Source: Octopus sinensis
Lineage: Eukaryota
Length of the DNA: 64,000 nt
Reading direction: 5' to 3'
Assembly: GCF_006345805.1 (NCBI RefSeq)
Contig: NC_042997.1
Location: forward strand, 179,304,001 to 179,368,000
The notes beneath the pieces were generated by a model. The model saw only the letters and a list, made by a program, of their open reading frames with translations, ran no database searches and had not been told where the DNA came from. Every line of letters starts with the position of its first letter. The stretch's first letter is position 1. Below are positions 40,774 to 54,818 of the stretch, piece by piece. The position numbers were made by a program, and so were the translations under genes.

Positions 40774-41305
40774 CGTCCTATAACTGTCTGTCTCTCTCTA
40801 CTTTTGTAGGGTCTTCCCTGCTACCTTCACATATTGTGAGATTTCCATATTTAGTTTACTGAAATTATTTTGCTATTTATTTGTTTCAGAGATGTTGTAG
40901 TAAAATGTTACAGATGTTTAAATTTTAATCAATTTTACCTAATCAGAAAACAGGATTTAGAAGTAGGCATTTTAAGCACGATAGCTGTCTATCACGAAAT
41001 GAAACAAAACCATTAGGTGGAGGAATATTTAGGAAACAAACGAGAGCAAAGTATTACGACGACCAAAATTGTAAAAACGTCTGAAATCTTAATGAATAAT
41101 CTTATGGGAAACGGTTGAACAGACATGTAAATAATTCTAACAAGAAAAAATCCTCAACTAAGTGTTTTGGTGAAAAATTGCACAAATCTGTCCTGATTAA
41201 CAGGCCTGTTTGTCGGGGACGGCATACTCTGACATGGAATAAATAAAAAATTATATGATATATTCTAATGTAAAAATTGCCTGGCAACGACGAGCAATTT
41301 AGCTA

Positions 41306-41418
<113 letters not shown>

Positions 41419-41577
41419 AGATATGAAAATGGAGTACCTTTGCCCATATAATACAGTAAATGAATTAATTGCATCGCAATCCTTAACATTTATGTATTAA
41501 CTTTGTTGGGTACTTCACTATCAGTATATTGGATATATGTTATCCCATGGAGGGTTGCATTTACAACCCCTATCTCA

Positions 41578-42291
41578 ATATATATATATTCATATATAAT
41601 TAAGGATATATTCATTATAGAGGTATTATCAAATGACCAGCATGAAATAAAGACCAAATAGGTAACAATTAATACGACTATATAATTATTAAGATATAAT
41701 TATAATAAGGGGTGCTAATAAAACAACACCAACATACTAGATATTGAAGCCAAATCGTGCTAAACCATATCTTGTTCTCCGTTACCACAGTTTGAAAGCG
41801 AGAGAAGGAATAAAGAAAAACTTTAAGGGTTAATTATAGATCGATTTCTAGCTTAGAGATATCAAATCTCCCTGTGTTTTCAGTATAATATGCCCTACAG
41901 TACATAAATGCAAATATTTATACATACCCATAAGAATAATACATATTTACACGTATATATACATAGACTCACATTTATATGTTAGTTAAATATAATTTAT
42001 TCACCTCAACCATGTATATTTACGACCAAAATAATACCGTAGGGAATATAAATTGATCGAAGTAAATAATATATATGTTTATACATAATTAAGGATGAAA
42101 TCATTATAGAGACTTTATCAAGTGTCCAGTATGAAATAAAGACCGTATAGGTAAAATTTAATACGAATATATAATTGCAAAGATAATTATAATATAAGGT
42201 GCTAATAAACCATACCAAATTGATAGATATAGCCACCAAATCGCGCTAAAACCACATCTTGTACAACGCTAGCACATGTTCAAAGCGAGAG
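41578..42291 (+). repeat. Diverged ~225-bp direct repeat (41578-41804 and 42068-42291)
   Basis: Shared taattaaggat..tcattatagag..ttatcaa..ccag.atgaaataaagacc..taggtaa...ggtgctaataaa...ccaaatcg.gctaaa...aaagcgagag. Confidence 0.8.
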
Positions 42292-42427
42292 TACATGATG
42301 TTTTACCGCAATCTGGCGTCTATATCTAGCATGCTGGTGTTGATTATCAGTACACTTTATTATAATTATGTCTTTATATATTAGTAAATATATATGTGTG
42401 TATGTGTGTGTGTGTATTTATACACGT

Positions 42428-42605
42428 ATCAAATTTTCGATAACTGCATAATCAAATAAAAGTAATCTAGAGAATACACACAAACACACACACACACACA
42501 TATGTACACACACACAGACACACACACACATATATATATATACATACATGCATCAATTTTTCGATAATTGCATAAACAAATAAAAGTAATCTGGAGTATA
42601 CACAC
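42428..42605 (+). repeat. Local duplication of a ~55-bp unit separated by (CA/TA)n
   Basis: atcaa.ttttcgataa.tgcataa.caaataaaagtaatct.gag.atacacac occurs twice. Confidence 0.85.
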
Positions 42606-43139
42606 ACACATGCACACGCACGCTCGCACACACACACAGACACACACACACACACACACACATACGTATATATATGTTTGTGTGTGTATTCATGTAAAAA
42701 TGTATATATGCTTAGTCATATATGTATACGTATAATACTACCTGAAGATTTCATGTAAAATGAATTTAAAACACGCTTATACGAGCATAAATATTCTTTT
42801 TAATATAGTGTAGAATGTTTTCTACAAACCTTATGAAATACACATACTCTGAAGGAGAATGCGTACCAGTTATTTTCAAAATGCACGGGGTCATCTTAGA
42901 TGCTGAATGAGTCACATTACTCATCTTCAATGTCTGCACTGTGCTTGAGAGAGACATTCTTCATTTTATTCTAGGTTGTTCAAAAAATTGAATCGAAAAT
43001 CCGAAATCTATTGAAATGACTTATCGACCGAGTGCACTAGGATATTAAACATTATTTGTCTTCGGTTATTGACGATTTATCGATTGCTTTAATTCCCTCA
43101 GCTATTGCCTTATTTTTCTCTATCACCTCTTCATCCATC

Positions 43140-43270
43140 TACCAAACCATCCATCTACCAAACCATCCATCATTTCTTACTTCCATCCATCAATCCATCC
43201 ATCCATCCATCAATCCTTCCTTCCATCCATCCATCCATCCATCCATCCATCCAACCATCCATCAATCCTT
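43140..43270 (+). repeat. (CCAT)n microsatellite
   Basis: Direct reading. Confidence 0.9.
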
Positions 43271-43902
43271 CCAATCCTTCGTTCGTTCGTTAGTTCCTCC
43301 ATTCTTTCCATTCGTCCATCCATCTATCCATGTTTATATACGATTTTTGCAGATTTATTTTGCATATTACCACTTAACACCAGACAAAGTAATTCAGTCA
43401 TAAGAAGAGTGCAATACCCTTGTAATGCTCTATGGAAGTGTGATGATTACTTTGACGATAATGCTGTATTTATACAGGAGTATAACCAATAATTACATAT
43501 AAACCATGAAATAGTTTCATTGACTTATTCCATTGACGTCTATTAACATTTAGAGTATTTTTATTTCTGCGAAAGGTCAATATCTTATCAGAGCTTGCAA
43601 CTATGACTAATAAGAATCAGTGATTTATTGTTTTTTACGTACACATAGTTCACGCTTACCAGTGGACAATATCATATATGAACTTATAATAATTTTCTTA
43701 GAGGCAAGTACGGTGGAATCTCTTATTTACTGAAGAGATCTAAAACGATCCATGCATCTTACAAACGTCTACCTATGAAATCTATAAATGTTAATCATTT
43801 AGTATAAAAAATAAATTACTCCCATTTCATTATTAAAATGCAAGAAATTGAATTGGTGTTAGGCACCACATAATAATGTTTTTTAACTTCAGTATATCCA
43901 CT

Positions 43903-44220
43903 GAAGGCGCGTGGCTTAGTGGTTAGGGCGTTCGGCTCCCGATCGTAAGGTCGTAAGTTCGATTCCCGGCGACGCGTTTGTCCTTGGGCAAGACACTTTA
44001 TTTCACGTTGCTCCAGTCCACTCAACTGGCAAAAAATGAGTTGTATCTGTATTTCAAAGGGCTGGCCTTGTCGCACTGTGTCACGCTGAATCCCCCTGAG
44101 AACTACGTTAAGGATACACGTGTCTGTGGATTGCTCAGTCACTTGCACGTTAATTTCACGAGCAGGCTGTTCCATTGATCATATCAGCTGGGACCCTCGT
44201 CGTCGTAACCGATGGAGTGC
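43903..44220 (+). mobile_element. tRNA-derived SINE with CORE-like body and tail 1
   Basis: A box TGGCTTAGTGG, B box GTTCGATTCCC, body ccttgggcaagacactt; tail from ctgtatttcaaaggg matches the 55706 copy. Possible TSD TCCACT. Confidence 0.85.
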
Positions 44221-45856
44221 TCCTGTCCACTAATGTTAAAGATATAAGCCAAGTGTGGCAATATGGATATTAGACTGCATTATTGAGTCGTGAAGGTGAA
44301 AATAGTTCTGCTTTTCTCTTAATGTCGTTGCAGATTGAAGTGTGTGCATGTATTTGATATTGAACGGATTGTACTTCTGAGCACTGTCAGACTTGCTTAA
44401 ATAGAAAAATGATCAAAAGGAGTTCTTGGTGTAAGTATCGCGTTTTTGTTTTTGTTTTAGGAAAATATTTGACAATGTGACCTACTTGTTCAATCTATTG
44501 AACAATATGTACTAGCTCATTTAATCAGTTTGAACCACAAATTTTAGGTAGATATATAAAAGATTTAATATGTATATATGTTAAATTCCAGAATCAGAGC
44601 AAAGCGGCGAGCGGCTACACCAACAGGTTACACTAATCAAACGTAAAGATTTAGGTAAAAGGCGAAATTCAATTGTTTCCTATTTCTTTTCTTTTTCTCT
44701 GCTCCACACGATCAGTCTTTGTCTTCCTGTCTCTCTTTCCCGCTCTATTTCCCTATGTCTCTCCCGCCTACATCATCGCATCTAATGTCAACAGTGGCAA
44801 TATTCCAAACAAGGACAACTGATCTGGCTTGACCTTTGGGAATTAGTTTAAGAGATCTAGGGTCAATAAGTCAATGTGCTTGGTTGATTTTATCGGTGTC
44901 TGAACGGCGGCGCGTGACGAGAGGTACTGATAAAAAAACGGAAAGATTACATATAATTCTTGCTTGTGTGTGTGAGTGTGTGTGTGTGTGTGTGTATGTA
45001 TATATATATATATATACACAAGTGCGCACTCATGAATACATATCTATATATTTATATACATATACATATACTTATAAATATATATATATAAGTATATATA
45101 TATTTATATACCTATATCATTGCAAATTCTAATAGATAAAAACACACTTCTACAAAATAGAAAAAAACAGGACACTTACATATATGCATGTAGTCTATAT
45201 TCACATAAATATATATCCTGTCTGTGTAGTCGAAATTTTAGAGTGTTGATACAGTAGTGTATGTGTGTGTTTTTGTGTGATCATATACAATATTTCGCAG
45301 CATTTAGTTCAGATTTTTGACGTAGCAAAATCAAATAGACAATGTCAAGCGAACATTGCATCTGAATACCCTTCGGTGCGATAGCAACATACTTAAATAT
45401 AAATTCAAAACTGATGATGGTGACAAATTAGAAGACTTGACAAAAATCTCTCCGTAAATAGTACAAAGTACAATTGACAGATATCATAGTAGGTAATGAA
45501 TGCAAAATTTAGGCATATGTATACATATATATATATGTATACAGATATATTTACGTATATTAACGTTACATTTACCACCTAGAAATATTGAACAAGTTCA
45601 CAAAATTTACAAAGTATGTGTACAAAGGAGCAGCTACGTATCTCGTCGCATTATATCAATACTGGAATTTCTCTCATTGTCCTTTCATTTTCTTTACACA
45701 GCTCATTCTTCCTCTCTTTCTTTCGAATCTATCACGTTCCGTTAGCAACTTACACCTTTTCAGCACCCATCAATTAGTCATATCCCTTACTCTCAGATCT
45801 TGCTTTGATCTGTATATATACATACATACATACATCAATATCTATATCTATATACA

Positions 45857-45918
<62 letters not shown>

Positions 45919-47380
45919 CTATATATATATATCTATATATATCTATATCTATATATATATATATCTATATATATATATCCATATATAAACATATATATAT
46001 ACATATACAAATGCATGTACATACATATACTCACACGTATATCCCCGTGTCCGTCTGCATCTTCCTACCCCCTTTCATCTTTTCATCTTTCTCAGCCAAT
46101 TTTCTTTTCTCCAATTGTAATGCTTACACACCTTCTATTCCAACTTGTATCAATCAGGTAGCAACACATATATATTTTAAATGTATAATTTCATGTCAGT
46201 TTATATATATATATATATCGAATATTTTCTTTATACTTGTCAAATTTGTTTCCATGTTTGCTTAGCAAACCAATTCAATTTCCTTACATGTCCCTTTCAT
46301 CTCCTTCCTTCCATGGCATTTGTTTGTATTAATGTTGTTAATTCTGATTTACACACATACAATTTTAACTTTATGTATTACGAATTTTTTGCTTTCATTT
46401 CCCTCTTCTATTTACCTTTGTTTTTGTCTCACAAATCCAGGAAAATATGAAAATATTCGATTGATGTGGTCAAATCTGAACTACTCTCCAAAATTCAAAG
46501 CATTTCCGGTTTGTTTATCGCAGTTTGATTTTGAAATATATTAAATATTTCAAATTTATGTATTTTACTCTTATATTTTATGGATATTTATTTTAGTTAT
46601 TTTGTGATAGCTTCAAAATACATTTCACGTTGTTGTCCATTGATTTTTTTTTTCACCCGTACTTTTCTTGTTTCGCATTTATTTGGCAACAATTTTGTTT
46701 GTTGCGTGTCTCTCAGGTTTTCTTGAAAGAAAAACGATATCTTGCTACACTGAGACACCTACTATTTATTATTACACTTGACGGAGGAGGAGATCAAAAA
46801 TGAAGGGGCGGGGACAGGAACGGGTGAAGCTAATAGAACTCTATATCATATTAAAAAAGTATAAGTTAGGAAAATCTTGAAAGTTATCTATTGTTGTAAT
46901 ATAATTTTGTTTCTTGCTGAAAATGCTTCAAATCTGCATTTAACTTAAATTACAGTGGACACAAGATATATTATTGCGAAACTGAGACGAAACATGTACA
47001 TATACAAGTATAAAACATACGCACACAAACACACACACATATATAGATAGATAGATTTATACATTTATATATATATTACATACATATAAGTGGGATGACT
47101 ACTAAGTGGACTTCCATATGCTAGAAGTCGACCCCTTACATATATACATATATATGTATATATATACACACACACACACGCATATATATATGTTATATAT
47201 GTATATATATATATGTATGTATGTATATATGTATGTATGCGTGTTTTCAGGGACATGTGTATGTGTAAGTTCGCGCTCGATTGTGTGTTTTCATACATAT
47301 GTGTATTTACGTGTGCGTATAGTATATATATATACGTGCATTTGTGTGTGTGTCTATATGCGTATATATATACATACATC

Positions 47381-47672
47381 ATCACGTGACCGACCAGACC
47401 CATCAGATGTTGTTACACATCGCTGGTCACAATGCGTTCGCATTGTTTTAGCCTTTGAATGACGCCACCCCGCTGGCTAAGCGAGCAGGCCAACAGAAGA
47501 AAGAGTGGGAGAAAGGTTGGTGAAAGAGTACAGCAGGGATCACCACCCACTGCCGGAGCATCGTGGAGCTTTTAAGTGTTTTTGCTCAATAAACACTCAC
47601 AACGCCCGGTCTTGGAATCGAAACCGCTATCCTACGACCGCGAGTCCGCTGCCCTAACCACTGGGCCATTGC
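47381..47672 (-). mobile_element. SINE family B head/body with tail 2
   Basis: Head matches 55706; tail ...ggcctgctcgcttagccagcgggg...ttgtgaccagcgatgtgtaacaacatctgatg..ggtcacgtgat. Confidence 0.88.
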
Positions 47673-47870
47673 ATACATATACATGAAAATATTTTATATT
47701 TTATATTGTGTTTGGGGTGCATAACGAAATATCACGTGCCTACGAATCATAAATATTTGCTTATCAGCTCAAAGAACGCGTTTAATATTTAAATTTGTAT
47801 ATTCAATAACTTAACCGGTGTACGCAGTGGCTATATAAGCAATGTGTTCAAAGGCGAGAATGGGTTAGAT

Positions 47871-47915
47871 GGGTGCTGATGAAGGATTAAACACACCGAA
47901 ATATGGTATATACTC
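47871..47915 (+). ncRNA. Minimal type I hammerhead ribozyme motif
   Basis: GGGTG-CTGATGA-A-GG(ATTAAACACA)CC-GAA-ATA(TGG)TAT-A-TACTC: intact core, 5-bp stem I, 3-bp stem III, UA cleavage site; stem II is only 2 bp. Confidence 0.55.
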
Positions 47916-48039
47916 TCATTACCAATATTTATCTTCCATCTTATCGTTGCTTTTCTATATCTGACATCTCGATACGAAACTTTGTAGCAAAAACCAGTGC
48001 TTGCTGTAATTTCTGCAGAATATCTGTAGAAAGGCGTTT

Positions 48040-48088
<49 letters not shown>

Positions 48089-48643
48089 CATGGGGGGTGT
48101 ATACTTTGCTAGGTGTCGACCAGAAACCGTTCGGATGTTATGAGGTATGTTTCTCCTCTTATATGTCTTGGCATAATGTTGAAAAAAGCAGTATCAGTTG
48201 AGGAGAAAAGACTCTTAATGTTTGGGTCGTGACACGGGCATGATTTTGCTTGTCCTGAATGTATGACACGAAGACCAAGGTTTTAAGATTAGCAACATCA
48301 CTTGAGCAATGGTGGAGTATTTTCCAAAACGTACAAATGACAGCACTCACTGTGGCGTTGAAGGAAATATAGTTTGAGTTTCTTGTGCATTGTCATGCCG
48401 TCTAATTTTTGTGATTAATCTCTGGAGTACTTCAATTCTAATAATATTTTGTTTCGTGTAGGGAGACCACGGTGGAAGGTATGAAGATGGAGAAGAAAAC
48501 TAAAATGGTTGAAGAGTTTCAAGGGTGAAAGCCCTGTATGTCTTAAATACATATTTTAAAAGCCAATACAGTGTATGTTAAAAGATTATGAATACAGATT
48601 GATGGCTTGTGATATTACTTTTGTATATTAATATTTCATATTT

Positions 48644-49045
48644 AGGAAGACAGCGAGCTGGCAGAAACGTTAGCACGGCGGGCGAAAGGCTTAGCGGTAT
48701 TTCATCTGCCGCTACGTTCTGAGTTCAAATTCTGCCGAGGTCGACTTGGCCTTTCATCCTTTCGGGGTCGATTAAATAAGTACCAATTACGCAATAGGGT
48801 CGAAATAATCGACTTAATCCGTGTTTCTGTCCTTGTTTGTCCTCTCTGTGTTTAGCCCCTTGTGGGTAGTAAAGAAATAGATATTTCGTCTGTCATTACA
48901 TTCTGAGTTCAAATTCCGCGGAGAGCGACTTTGCCTTTCATCCTTTCGGGGTCGATAAATTAAATACTAGTTGCGTACTGAGGTCAATCTAATCGACTGG
49001 CCCCTTCCCCCAAAATTTCGGGCTTTGTACCTAGATTAGAAAAAA
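48644..49045 (+). mobile_element. SINE family C tandem pair (full copy plus headless copy with a different tail)
   Basis: ttctgagttcaaatt...gactt.gcctttcatcctttcggggtcgat.aa occurs twice; junction near 48880. Confidence 0.85.
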
Positions 49046-49241
49046 ATATTTTGTATTTAGGAGAGTTTCATCTATGGGATAAAGCCGTTGAAGCCCAATT
49101 TGTAGTTCAGAACAGATAAGTCAGCTATCAACACCTTGATGAATATGGGACAACGCTTTATGAAAACTCTGCTACTCTATCACACACACACATACGCGCA
49201 CACACACACAAATAGGCAAACACTCCGTACCAATCTTAAGT

Positions 49242-49413
49242 AAATATGTATATTTGGGATGATCATCTTTTGCCATTTAAACACACGCACTATTTATTTT
49301 ATCTTCACTTTAGATCTGCTATTATTATCTTTAGTTTAGTTGTCCACGTAAGTCTTTTTGCCCTACATTATGTGATCTCTTCAGCGACTGTGTATCATGT
49401 GTCTGTTCTTGTA
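49242..49413 (+). repeat. 172-bp dispersed repeat, copy 1
   Basis: Aligns closely with 58812-58983, few substitutions. Confidence 0.9.
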
Positions 49414-50044
49414 GTACATATCTAATTTCTAATTTGTGTCTTATTCTAATATATGTTAACCAATTATATATTATATTATGAGATCATTTTGAATTGCTTA
49501 AAGAAAGCAACGTCAATATTGGGACAACTGAAGTAAGAGCTCGGCAGTTTGTCTCCGTTCTATAATCGATTCAATCGTCTCTTTGTTCATTGTACGTAAA
49601 TGCATTCGTATTACACACGCGAGCATACGGTTATGACTATTATGCATACAGAGACATATACAAATTTAAAAGTACATTTATTAGACACATAAAAATACAA
49701 AAGTACGATTTTATTAGAATATAGCTAACAGGTCTAAGTGTAAGGATTTTAAGTACAATGCTAAATAAACTGTACTAAAATATAATTAGACATAATATTG
49801 TTATAGTTTGAAGGCAGATATGGCTGATAATCCAGTAGTATTTATACTGCTCTTAAATTTTTAATCGGTAAGTAATCTATATCGTAACATACAACTCTTT
49901 TGGTTTGTGAGGAGTGTAGGAATGAGTAAAAGGAATGTTGTGTTGAAATAGTATAGAATGGCTTACTCTGAAAAGGGAATTAAAGAAGTGAAGCATGACA
50001 AGATATTTCAATAAAGGATTAATATCCTTTTAACTACGGGCGAA

Positions 50045-50217
50045 AGACCTGAAATTTTAGGTGGGGGTGGTCCCAGTGCTCAACTGGTACTTTAATATAG
50101 CCTATAATAATAAAAGGCAAAGTCGGTGGAATTTGAAATTAGATCATAGAGCTGGCAGAAATGCGGCTATGCACTTTCGTCCAGCAGGAGCAATGATTCT
50201 GCCAGTTCGTTGCCTTC
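50045..50217 (-). mobile_element. SINE family C, degenerate
   Basis: aaaggcaaagtcgg..ggaatttgaa... and gattctgccagttcg are reverse complements of the family C body and head. Confidence 0.6.
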
Positions 50218-50345
50218 CGATTTAGGACTAATATGAATGCAGATAACATTACAATAAAGAAAACATACGGCATGTGAAAGCAAATCTGTTCTAAAATTAA
50301 GAATAAATGTAAGATAAAAAAATTACTCAGTTGAGGGCATATGTG

Positions 50346-50649
<304 letters not shown>

Positions 50650-52894
50650 TATCAGAGACTGCACGTTCGTCTCCATCAATGGCAGAAATAAATGATGCTG
50701 TTTAAAAGGAGACAGCAAGTACCCATATTTAATACCGGTAGCAAAATATTTACTTAGAAGTACATTTACTTTCTCCTTTATGAACGTGAGAATAAAAAGA
50801 CCAGTATATAACGAGTTATCGACAACAAATATTTTGATAAAGTAATTGACCAATACAATGCTTACCAAACAGATTCAAAAATAAAAATCACATGGTAAAT
50901 GCATTGTATGAATAAAATACATAATTTAGTAACATAATTAAGGCAGTGACCTATGATTTCCACATGCAAATGCAGTGAAAAAAAATCGCGATGTATTGTA
51001 CAACTGACAAAATATGTTAGGAAGGCATAAGTGTACAAAATATACATCTATGACAGATCTCATAACATTCGAAATTACTGACGAAAGTAATTTTATATCA
51101 AAAGTACAACGCTAAAATTAACCCTCAAATAACATAAGCCAATTACAAACAAGACTAAAAATAGGACTTGCGGCGAATGTAAAAAATTCGAATTATGCCA
51201 GAAATTATTTAGCAATTGGCTGTGGTATTTATTTATATCTCACAGTAGAGTGCCACTGAAATCTGTCTATAGAAACCCCTTATCACAAAATGTAAACACT
51301 ATTATTTTTATGACCTGTTCGCTTTTAGAAAATAAGTTTTTCGATTTCCAGCTGTTTTATGTATCTCTTCTAGCAAACCCATCATTTATATCTAACATAG
51401 TGTATTAGAATTAGCAATACTGTAAATAACTTCTACTGATAATTATATAGGACATGCAAAATAAATTTCTTGTGGGCTAAATAGAATGCAGTGTAAAGGC
51501 CCATGGTACCGTGATTGTTGACAATTTATTTAGAAGAGAAAGTAAATTAAAATACTTGCTAAGGTCAGATGAGAAATAACCAACAAAACAAATGTACTCT
51601 TGGCAGAGAGCAGAGTTTTTTTCAAGCAATATATATCATAGCATTTCACAATAAATTAGATAAGGATATCCGTAGGGCAAAATGTGAGCTCCTAAAAAGG
51701 CCAGAAGCCATATGGTAACACGAATTTTTGTTATATACTTTTCGTTTCAGTTACTTTCAGTTACGATTTCTGTTTAATTATTGTTTTGTGAAAATGGTTG
51801 GTAAAATAAAAACGCCTCGCTTTCAGAATTTTCTTCAATCATGCTATACCATGACTTTGCTGGTTTATATGTAACCAATATTGAACACACGCAGAGACGC
51901 AGGTATGGATGGACACGCTATTCCAAGCAGAAGTCTTACCAAACATTCACTTATAACTAAAATGAAAAGCAAATAAATACATGAAGAGCTAATTCAATAA
52001 CAGGTAACAATTCATGTATTAGCCATGTTTAATTGAAAATTTTGAAAGTTGTAGCTCACAGAGAATAAAAAAATATTGGAAGTGTCAAGGAAACGCATGC
52101 AAGTCATTATGCTTTTGTCTCTTCATCAGGAAAACTAGACCACAGAAAGCACGATCTCTTTAAGTTTATGAACGTGAAATTAAAATCCAGCATCATTTAA
52201 GTAACAATTGATAGAACGAAAAGTGTGTGGTGTGTTTGTGGGAAAGGGGCTGGCGGTGAGTCGATACTGAAAAATCGGAGAAGGATGACAAACGTGAAAG
52301 TGAAGAACAAAGCAGAGCTTTAAAACATATTAGAATAAAACGGACATGTGTAAATGAGAGTACTATGGTCGGTATTTGTACTATGCATGCGTATATCTCT
52401 ACTGAGTGAAATAGAGATACGCTGATGAAGAGCTTAGAAGAGAGTAACGTTTATTGTAAAAAAAAAAAGGAAACGAGAAAAATGAAACTAAACTGTATCA
52501 CGCACACACACATCAGAGACACACAAACACTCGAGCAAATACACACACTTAAGGAAAAATTCTTGATTCATATTTTTGTGTCTTCTGTTCCTTGGAAAAT
52601 ATTAAAGAGATGTGTAGCTGCAACTGCGATATTTATGTTTCCTGTTCAATAAGGCATATATGGTATGATAAAACATAAATGACTTTTAAAAAAACTTTGC
52701 TCATAAGTGATAGCATTTTCTTTTCTTTTTTTTGTGCCCGTGGTGTTATTTCTCGAACATCAAAAGCAGCCTCAAACCCCAAGTTAAATCAAACGAAAAA
52801 AGGGAATAACTAATATTTAACACCTTGTCAAAATTACAATATTACACACATACATACAGACTGACACACGCGCTTGTATACATATATACATATG

Positions 52895-53596
52895 CAAAGT
52901 GCGATGGACAATTTGTCTCCATTTTATGTTTTTTGTTTCCAGCATTTGCATTGCTAGTTTTTGATTTCGTCGACTACACAGTACAATAGAGTCAGTTTGT
53001 CACCGTCTTTGTGAGGAAAACGGCACCACGACGCAATTCACTCTGTCAGAAATTTGGAAATAATATGCTGTACCGCTTGGCATTCGCACCGGTAGCTCCA
53101 ATATGAATAGATGGTGAACACCTTTGGTTTGCCGTGTCCTTAAAATATGTACTGAGTGTGATGAAAATAAAAAAAAAACAGTCAACACCATGGTGTTGGA
53201 GTGATCAATAATGATGGCGAAGTCATGCCTGCATTTATCTTCCCACACGGTCACAGACTCTACACGGAGGCCTACATCAAGTGCCTGGAAGAGGCAGTGC
53301 TCTCCCGGATAAAAAGGTTGGTTTCTGGAAGAGCCTTTGTCTGGCAACAGGACTCTGCACCATGCCATTCCATGCCACACAAGTAGGAGAACCCAGTCTA
53401 GGCTGCCAGACAATTTCTGCGACCACATCACTCCTAACATCTGGTCACCTAACTCTCCAGACTGCAACCTCCTTGATTATTATGTGTAAGGCCCAGTTGG
53501 GTGAGAGACCAACAAAGTTCTTGTAACAACAAAGATGAACTGAAGGCAAGGATTATGGCAACATTCACCAACTTAAGCTAGGTGACTGCCCAGAAG
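52895..53596 (+). mobile_element. Internally deleted Tc1/mariner element, DD37D (maT-like)
   Basis: Left end CAAAGTGCGATGG; N-terminus TTQFTLSEIWK..LGIRTGSSNMN; catalytic region GEVMPAFIFPHG...VWQQDSAPCH...WSPNSPDCNLLDYYV...KDELKARIMATFTNL. Frameshifted. Confidence 0.8.
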
Positions 53597-54124
53597 ATAA
53601 TCATGAGCTGGGAAATGTAGTGGAAGCTGATACATCTCAAACTACTCGTGTTTTATCAGAAAGGCTTGACGTTTCGATTCCAACTGTATTTCACAATCTC
53701 GAAACAAATCGGCAAGTTAAAGAAGTTGGACAAGTGGGTACCACACAAGATGAAAGAATATCAAATGACACGTCGTCTTGTAACTTGCCGTTGTTTGCTA
53801 CCACGGCATGAAAGCGAACCATTTTTGGATAGTATCGTTATATGTAATGAAAAATGGATTCTTTCTAACAATAGCAAGTGTTCTGTAAGTTGGTTGGATA
53901 GAGACGAAGTGCCAAAAGACAATTAAAATAAATAATATTCACCAAAAAGACCTAATGGTATCTGTTTGTTAGTCAAGCGCTGGTATCATCTACTACAGCT
54001 TCATGAGACCAAGGAAGTCAATTACAGTGGATGTATATATCAACCAATTAGATGAAATGATGAGTAAAGTTGCAATTAAACAACCGAGACTGATCAACAG
54101 AGAGACAGACCAATTCTCTTGCAA
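53597..54124 (+). mobile_element. Mariner (DD34D-type) transposase fragment
   Basis: VVEADTSQTTR, KLDKWVPHKM, FLDSIVICNEKWILSNN, IIYYSFM..SITVDVYINQLDEMM, RPILLQ; stops just before the second catalytic D. Confidence 0.85.
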
Positions 54125-54756
54125 GTTTTAAGGTGACACAAAACCAGTTTTTGAAGGCTGAAGCATACTTCATATCAACTGATAGAAATTCTGATACTTT
54201 CGTTCGTTATAAATATATTACACTTTGAGATCTGCTCACATATCTAGGACAATGCTACAGATAAAATCATAACTCACACATCAAAAATAATGGCTATGTT
54301 ATATCTTGGAAAGCTTTCAATTCTCAACAAAACTGCAGTAAAACCGCCTCTACATTTACATGCGCCAATCAAACTCTATTGCTGTATTTACGTATCGTAT
54401 GTGTATATGTACATTGGTAATTTTTTTTCTCTTCTGCTTTTAATTATCTGAAATTTTCCTATTATGAAGGAGCTGGTTTCTTTCAAAGATACAATACTAC
54501 ATTCAGGGAACGTAGATAAGAAAATCAAAGTCACATTTTGCACTTGCATAATTTTAATGTTTGCGCTTACAGCCCGTATTTTTATGCGCGTGTTAGCTTG
54601 TTGAATTATTATCCTGAAACCCACGATTTTTCCTAATTGTACTTACGTCATTCGTAAACAACTTTATGTGCACGGATTAGCATAAATGTGAATTTATAAG
54701 CTGGGTGCAAAATATAAATTTTCAAAGCAAATTTCCATTCTCACTGTTTGAGACTT

Positions 54757-54818
<62 letters not shown>

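Noticed and set aside
44760-44930. TGACCT/AGGGTCA half-sites suggesting an enhancer
   Set aside because: Short motifs without conservation or chromatin data cannot be supported.
48160-48420. Possible degraded mariner N-terminus
   Set aside because: No motif (WVPH, DEKW) recovered in the frames read.
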